Positions 1-3,083 of a stretch of DNA of 3,083 bases are shown here, piece after piece (the first letter of the stretch is position 1; each line of letters opens with the position of its first letter). Source of the DNA: a plasmid. A program made the position numbers and the translations under genes. The DNA lies in assembly GCF_054482595.1 (NCBI RefSeq), contig NZ_JBTHVH010000002.1, one strand, 5' to 3'. The notes under the pieces were generated by a model. The model worked only from the letters and a program-made list of their open reading frames with translations. It searched no databases and had not been told where the DNA came from.

Positions 1-426
1 CTCTTCGCTCTCCGTCTGATTTCGTTTGCAATTCTGTTATTTACTCTAATGGTGATAACCTTAGTCCTCTGCCGTACTTCTGAACCACTACGCTTATTTT
101 TAGCCATCGCAATGACTCTCCATTTTGCACGTTCTGGGTGTCGGGGCCTGCCCTGACAGGAGGTATTCTCATGCAAGCGAATGTATTCGCGGTATGACGA
201 ATACACATCCTGTCCCGTTTTTCGCTACAACTTTTCGACAAAAATAAAATACCGCGTCGTAACCTGGTATTTCTGATACAAAAAAACGATGCTTCATTCA
301 ATATTATTTACACAGATTTTAAAAGTTATTTCTTGTTATTTAATAAATAACGCAAAATTAATTGATGCTTTTGTTCTTTGTCGTTTGTTGATTATTGAGT
401 AAATAAAGATTGTGTTTTCCTGATTA

Positions 427-432
427 TATAAT
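427..432 (+). promoter_or_regulatory. Candidate -10 hexamer (TATAAT) of a ColE1-type RNA II primer promoter
   Basis: Perfect TATAAT at 427-432 in an AT-rich tract. No good -35 was found (TAAAGA at 17-bp spacing matches 3 of 6). The implied start near 439 puts GATCAAGA (481-488) about 43 nt into the transcript, as in ColE1/pBR322 RNA II. Confidence 0.35.
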
Positions 433-438
433 CCATTG

Positions 439-1010
439 CCTGTTAGTGATACGGAGTGCATCAGAGAACAGGAAGCAGGAGATCAAGATAGTAGCATGTG
501 CATAAAATACAAACCCGTGAGTTATTGATATCGCGTTTATATATTAAAAATATAACTTAACATTGCTCTTAATATTTATTTTGCCCTCGCAATGGGTGCA
601 TTAATCCCCGTGCAGCGCTCCGCCAGCTGCTGACGGCCTCGACATGCAACCGTCAATGCGATAAAAGATCGGGGTGCGTTTCCGGCAACAACTAACCATA
701 GGGATGGTTTGCGTGCCGACAAACGCCGGAAACGCGCCTCAAATCCACCAAGCCGCCACGGTTCCGGCAGCGCCTTGAGCGCAACCGGAAACCGACTGGG
801 GAGAACCCCAGACCCCCACCGCTGCAACATCATCGGTCTGCGACCGCCTACCAACCGAGCGACTGCCTGTACCGTGCAAACGGGCTTTGCAGGGGCTGGC
901 GCGGTTCCTGGCGACCTGAAAGCCCCTGGTTAGGGGTATCGGCGCGCCTGGCCTCCTGAAACCCTCTGTAAGCGTTTTTCGCGCCTTCCATGCCCTGGGG
1001 GGCATTTAAA
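439..1010 (+). ncRNA. ColE1-family pre-primer RNA II (ends approximate)
   Basis: ORF-free GC-rich stretch of about 570 nt between the -10 at 427-432 and the G6 run (997-1002) plus A-rich transition (TTTAAAACCC, about 1005-1014). This is the pBR322 geometry (RNA II about 555 nt; G6 then GGAAAAACGCC at the RNA/DNA switch). The six-frame ORFs here are Arg/Pro-rich with no ribosome-binding site. Confidence 0.5.
441..549 (-). ncRNA. Predicted antisense RNA I (copy-number control); position inferred from the ColE1 paradigm only
   Basis: In ColE1 replicons RNA I is antisense to the first ~110 nt of RNA II. I could not identify its promoter or its three stem-loops with confidence, so the coordinates are placed by analogy, not by sequence match. 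Confidence 0.2.
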
Positions 1011-1015
1011 ACCCG
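997..1015 (+). other. ColE1-type origin core: G6 run and A-rich RNA-to-DNA transition
   Basis: CCCTGGGGGGCATTTAAAACCC resembles pBR322 TCAGGGGGGCGGAGCCTATGGAAAAACGCC, the G-run and A-run that flank the RNase H processing site. Comparison is from memory of pBR322. Confidence 0.45.
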
Positions 1016-1059
1016 TTTCGTGCGTCTGAGAGCTTCTGAGCGCGTTTGAAGGGCTATCT

Positions 1060-1215
1060 GGCGACTCATCCCTGAAAGAAAAACAACGGGATCACCGACA
1101 ACATGCGAGAGATGACACCGCTCGCCGCAGCCCTAGCGACCGAACGTAGTGAGCGAGTGGGCGAGGAAGCGGAAGAGAACTGGAAGGTACATTTGGCTCT
1201 TACGCACTTCCGTAA
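1060..1215 (+). other. Ori-distal conserved segment with primosome assembly site (n'-pas / ssi-like)
   Basis: TCATCCCTGA...GATGACACCGCTCGCCGCAGCC...GTGAGCGAG...GAGGAAGCGGAAGAG...CTCTTACGCAC parallels pBR322/pUC TTATCCCCTGA...GATACCGCTCGCCGCAGCC...GTGAGCGAGGAAGCGGAAGAG...CTCCTTACGCAT. The GAAGCGG heptamer (1166-1172) is, as I remember it, the conserved PriA/n' recognition motif. Confidence 0.6.
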
Positions 1216-1278
1216 AGAACTAAGAAGAGGGTATCGCGGAAGCCGCGAAAAATGGGGATCCAATTTTCAGATCATGTG

Positions 1279-1369
1279 AGACGGTCTATCAGACGTCATC
1301 AGACCGTCTATCAAAAAACACGTTGATTTTGATAGACCGCGAATCTAAAGTTGAATCTTGTCTATCAAA
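1279..1369. repeat. Iteron/operator cluster, consensus AGAC(C/G)GTCTATCA, three direct copies and one inverted copy
   Basis: AGACGGTCTATCA at 1279-1291; AGACCGTCTATCA at 1301-1313; GTCTATCA at 1362-1369; inverted TGATAGACCG at 1331-1340; a degenerate copy AGACGTCATCA at 1291-1301. The first two copies are 22 bp apart and each contains the 9-bp palindrome AGAC-N-GTCT. The cluster sits immediately upstream of the winged-helix gene. Confidence 0.65.
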
Positions 1370-1382
1370 AAAAGGTTTAATT

Positions 1383-1913
1383 ATGATAAACGGTCGATAC
1401 AAAACTAACCCTTTTTTGGAAGGTATGATAGTGCCCGTCAAGGGTAAACAAGTCAGACTTTCCCGTCTAGGTCGTGATGAAAACATACTGGTTAATCAGA
1501 ACACGGGAGAGGTTCAAGGCACCCATGTAACAACATATAAACGGGTTGATGGTGAGCAGTTTGTAAAACTATTCACTGCAAATATCGCGTTAACCTTTGA
1601 TTTGTCAGCTCAAGGAATAAAAGCATTTAACGTTTTGATGTGGGCAATACAAAAGCAGTCAGTATCAAAAGACGAAGTTTATTTAGATACTCACACAAGA
1701 GAGGAGTTTCTTGCTATTTATAATGATAAAGATAAACCAATTAAATTAAGTCAGCCAACATTTGCTAGAGGATTAGCTGAACTTACAAAAGCTCAAATTA
1801 TAGCTAAAACCATACGTCAAGGAGTGTATTGGATAAATCCAAATTTTGCATTCAACGGTGATAGAATCGCGTTTACAACTCTTATTGAAAGGCAAGGTAA
1901 TAGTGAAAAATAA
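1383..1913 (+). CDS. Small winged-helix DNA-binding protein, putative iteron-binding replication/maintenance protein (RepL-like; assignment tentative)
   Basis: Same frame as track ORF 1323-1913. ATG 1383 has AAGG 7 nt upstream; alternative starts are ATG 1425 and GTG 1431 (GGAAGG 7 nt upstream). Stop TAA at 1911-1913. The C-terminus has a helix-turn-helix plus beta-wing signature (QPTFARGLAELTKAQIIAKTIRQGVYWINPNFAFNGDR) and the N-half has a GEV...FVK pattern I recall from RepL. Direct repeats upstream fit an autoregulated iteron-binding protein. Confidence 0.65.
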   Translation: MINGRYKTNPFLEGMIVPVKGKQVRLSRLGRDENILVNQNTGEVQGTHVTTYKRVDGEQFVKLFTANIALTFDLSAQGIKAFNVLMWAIQKQSVSKDEVYLDTHTREEFLAIYNDKDKPIKLSQPTFARGLAELTKAQIIAKTIRQGVYWINPNFAFNGDRIAFTTLIERQGNSEK

Positions 1914-1926
1914 CAGGGTAAAAACA

Positions 1927-2715
1927 ATGAGAAAAAAGAATATGTTTCCGCCAGGATCTTTGAGTATAAAATTAAATAAACCTTTAACTAAATATGAAAT
2001 AATTGAGATATTGTCAGAATACCTCTCGATGTTAGAAATAACTTTTAGGATAAAAGAATTCCGGCTTTTCTCTTATTTGGAATGCGTGCTTAATGGAGAA
2101 AAGCAGGCTATATACCATAAAGATAATAACACAATCGTGTCTGGATTTTTACTTGATTCAATGAGGAGTACAAACAACAGAAAAATCAATAAGATACTGT
2201 TAGGCGGTGATGATTTTGATGCCATGGAAAAAATCGATGACATGTTAAATATGAAAGCAGAATCCAATCCGTATGAATATTTTAAGAGTTTTTTATCACT
2301 AGTTCCTGCTAATATTGCATATGATCTCATCAGGAAAACTGAAGAGTTAATCGAACTTGAGAGAGTGGAAAGGATAAAAGAAAAAATCGAATTGCGTGAA
2401 AAAAAGCTAGAAAAAGATAAAAACATATTAAAGGTTATTTATAACAATAAGATTGCTGAGTATTCATGTACTTTTGATTATTTTAGATCTGTATATTTGT
2501 CTAGCTCTGGTTTTTTATCTTTAGAAAAACAAAAGGCTAAATATTTTCTTGCGGAAGGGTTGGGTTCACTATTGAAGGATTATGTTGGTAAAAGGTTGGT
2601 AAGATTATCAATTAAAGGCGATGATGGTAAAGTCTCCATAGTCGAAATATATGATGAAAATGGTAGATTTTTATTTAAGACAAAACCTCTAAATAAATCA
2701 CAGAGTAATCTTTAA
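1927..2715 (+). CDS. Hypothetical protein (262 aa), AT-rich, with a highly charged E/K-rich central helix; function unknown
   Basis: ATG 1927 lies 14 nt after the upstream stop, with AGGG 8-9 nt upstream. The track ORF start at 1846 would overlap the upstream gene out of frame and is unlikely. Stop TAA at 2713-2715. Residues ~134-169 (nt 2326-2433, DLIRKTEELIELERVERIKEKIELREKKLEKDKN) look like a charged helix or coiled coil. No Walker, HEPN, PD-(D/E)xK or polymerase motifs seen by eye. Confidence 0.75.
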   Translation: MRKKNMFPPGSLSIKLNKPLTKYEIIEILSEYLSMLEITFRIKEFRLFSYLECVLNGEKQAIYHKDNNTIVSGFLLDSMRSTNNRKINKILLGGDDFDAMEKIDDMLNMKAESNPYEYFKSFLSLVPANIAYDLIRKTEELIELERVERIKEKIELREKKLEKDKNILKVIYNNKIAEYSCTFDYFRSVYLSSSGFLSLEKQKAKYFLAEGLGSLLKDYVGKRLVRLSIKGDDGKVSIVEIYDENGRFLFKTKPLNKSQSNL

Positions 2716-2723
2716 TATGCTTC

Positions 2724-2756
2724 AGCCGATATACCAAATAAGACAGGATATCGGCT
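2724..2756. terminator. Intergenic hairpin between convergent genes (candidate bidirectional terminator)
   Basis: Perfect 9-bp inverted repeat AGCCGATAT (2724-2732) / ATATCGGCT (2748-2756) with a 15-nt loop, in the 46-bp gap between the stops at 2715 (+) and 2762 (-). The loop is long and there is no clean U-tract, so it is a weak intrinsic terminator. Confidence 0.3.
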
Positions 2757-2761
2757 AATAT

Positions 2762-3083
2762 TTATCTGTCGAATAAGTTAGAGCCTGGGTATTTATTTTT
2801 GTGCTCTCTTTTTATTATTTTTATTTCCTCTATTATTAAATCCATCTCTTTATAAATATTTGAAATTTTCTGTGTTATCTCTTTCATTTCAGTACAGAGT
2901 GAAATTATTTTATGCATCACCTCTAGGTACTCTTTATCATTCGGACTCATCCCTTTATCAAATAATTTTTTCTGCATCCGACCAAGTTGTATTAATTCAT
3001 CTAGATATCTAGAAGGCACGCGCTGTTTTATTTCATTATTTAAACTTACTGTCCTTATATACTCTGAGATTGTCAGCCCTTCG
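2762..3083 (-). CDS. Hypothetical protein, 5'-partial (frame open to the window edge), AT-rich; function unknown
   Basis: Track ORF 2762-3019 begins at a GTG with no ribosome-binding site. The same frame has no stop for 21 more codons to position 3083 (…EGLTISEYIRTVSLNNEIKQR-VPSRYLDEL…), so the true start probably lies beyond the window. Stop TAA (plus-strand TTA 2762-2764). Convergent with the 1927-2715 gene. Confidence 0.5.
   Translation of the reverse strand, partial: EGLTISEYIRTVSLNNEIKQRVPSRYLDELIQLGRMQKKLFDKGMSPNDKEYLEVMHKIISLCTEMKEITQKISNIYKEMDLIIEEIKIIKREHKNKYPGSNLFDR

Noticed and set aside
1-300. tRNA or integration attachment site at the window start
   Set aside because: No segment with a T-arm or anticodon-stem-like signature that I could see by eye.
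41-301. Minus-strand ORF of 86 aa
   Set aside because: No ribosome-binding site, Arg/Cys-rich composition that does not look protein-like, and it overlaps the structured element at 155-222. Probably a chance open frame.
560-1260. GC-rich structured non-coding block as a retron msr-msd or other defence ncRNA
   Set aside because: No reverse-transcriptase gene (no YADD-type motif) in either downstream protein, and the block matches ColE1 origin landmarks in order and spacing.
576-1263. Five overlapping ORFs inside the GC-rich block (576-854 -, 709-933 +, 739-1005 -, 848-1069 -, 1066-1263 -)
   Set aside because: Their Arg/Pro/Gly/Ala-rich translations are typical of non-coding GC-rich DNA read in frame. 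They overlap each other on both strands, have no ribosome-binding sites, and the region is better explained as ColE1-type RNA II, origin and pas.
1323-1382. Track start at ATG 1323 for the winged-helix gene
   Set aside because: It would place the start inside the iteron/operator repeats with no ribosome-binding site. ATG 1383 (or GTG 1431) has a better initiation context.
1289-1486. Minus-strand ORF of 65 aa over the iterons and the start of the winged-helix gene
   Set aside because: Antisense to a well-supported CDS and to the repeat cluster; low-complexity translation.
1846-1926. Track start at ATG 1846 for the second gene
   Set aside because: It would overlap the last 68 nt of the upstream gene in another frame, and the N-terminal residues look like out-of-frame translation. 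ATG 1927 with a ribosome-binding site 14 nt after the upstream stop is the natural start.
2228-2250. ACATGTTAAAT resembling the XerD arm of dif/cer (TTATGTTAAAT)
   Set aside because: No matching XerC arm at the correct spacing, and it lies inside a coding region.
2073-2426. Minus-strand ORF of 117 aa inside the 262-aa gene
   Set aside because: Its Phe/Ser/Leu-rich translation is the expected antisense shadow of an A-rich, Lys/Glu-rich gene.

Overview
This 3,083-bp window reads as a mosaic: a ColE1-family plasmid replication backbone followed by a low-GC accessory cassette. No search or folding tool was run; all family assignments come from reading the sequence and from remembered pBR322/pUC and plasmid biology. 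(1) nt ~427-1215 is GC-rich (about 65% in hand-counted lines) and has no credible ORF. It carries the hallmarks of a ColE1-type RNA-primed origin: a perfect TATAAT at 427-432, GATCAAGA at 481-488 at the offset it has in ColE1 RNA II, a G6 run at 997-1002 followed by an A-rich stretch, and a segment at 1060-1215 that closely resembles the pBR322/pUC region just past the origin, including the GAAGCGG primosome-assembly motif. (2) nt 1279-1369 holds iteron-like repeats (consensus AGAC[C/G]GTCTATCA, three direct and one inverted). (3) Directly downstream are two tightly linked AT-rich genes (about 20-35% GC): a ~176-aa winged-helix protein that looks RepL-like (1383-1913) and a 262-aa protein with no motif I recognise (1927-2715). 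(4) A convergent minus-strand gene (2762-3083) runs off the window edge. The most interesting candidate is the iteron-plus-two-gene cassette riding on a ColE1 backbone: either a second replication determinant or a co-opted DNA-binding protein paired with an unknown effector.
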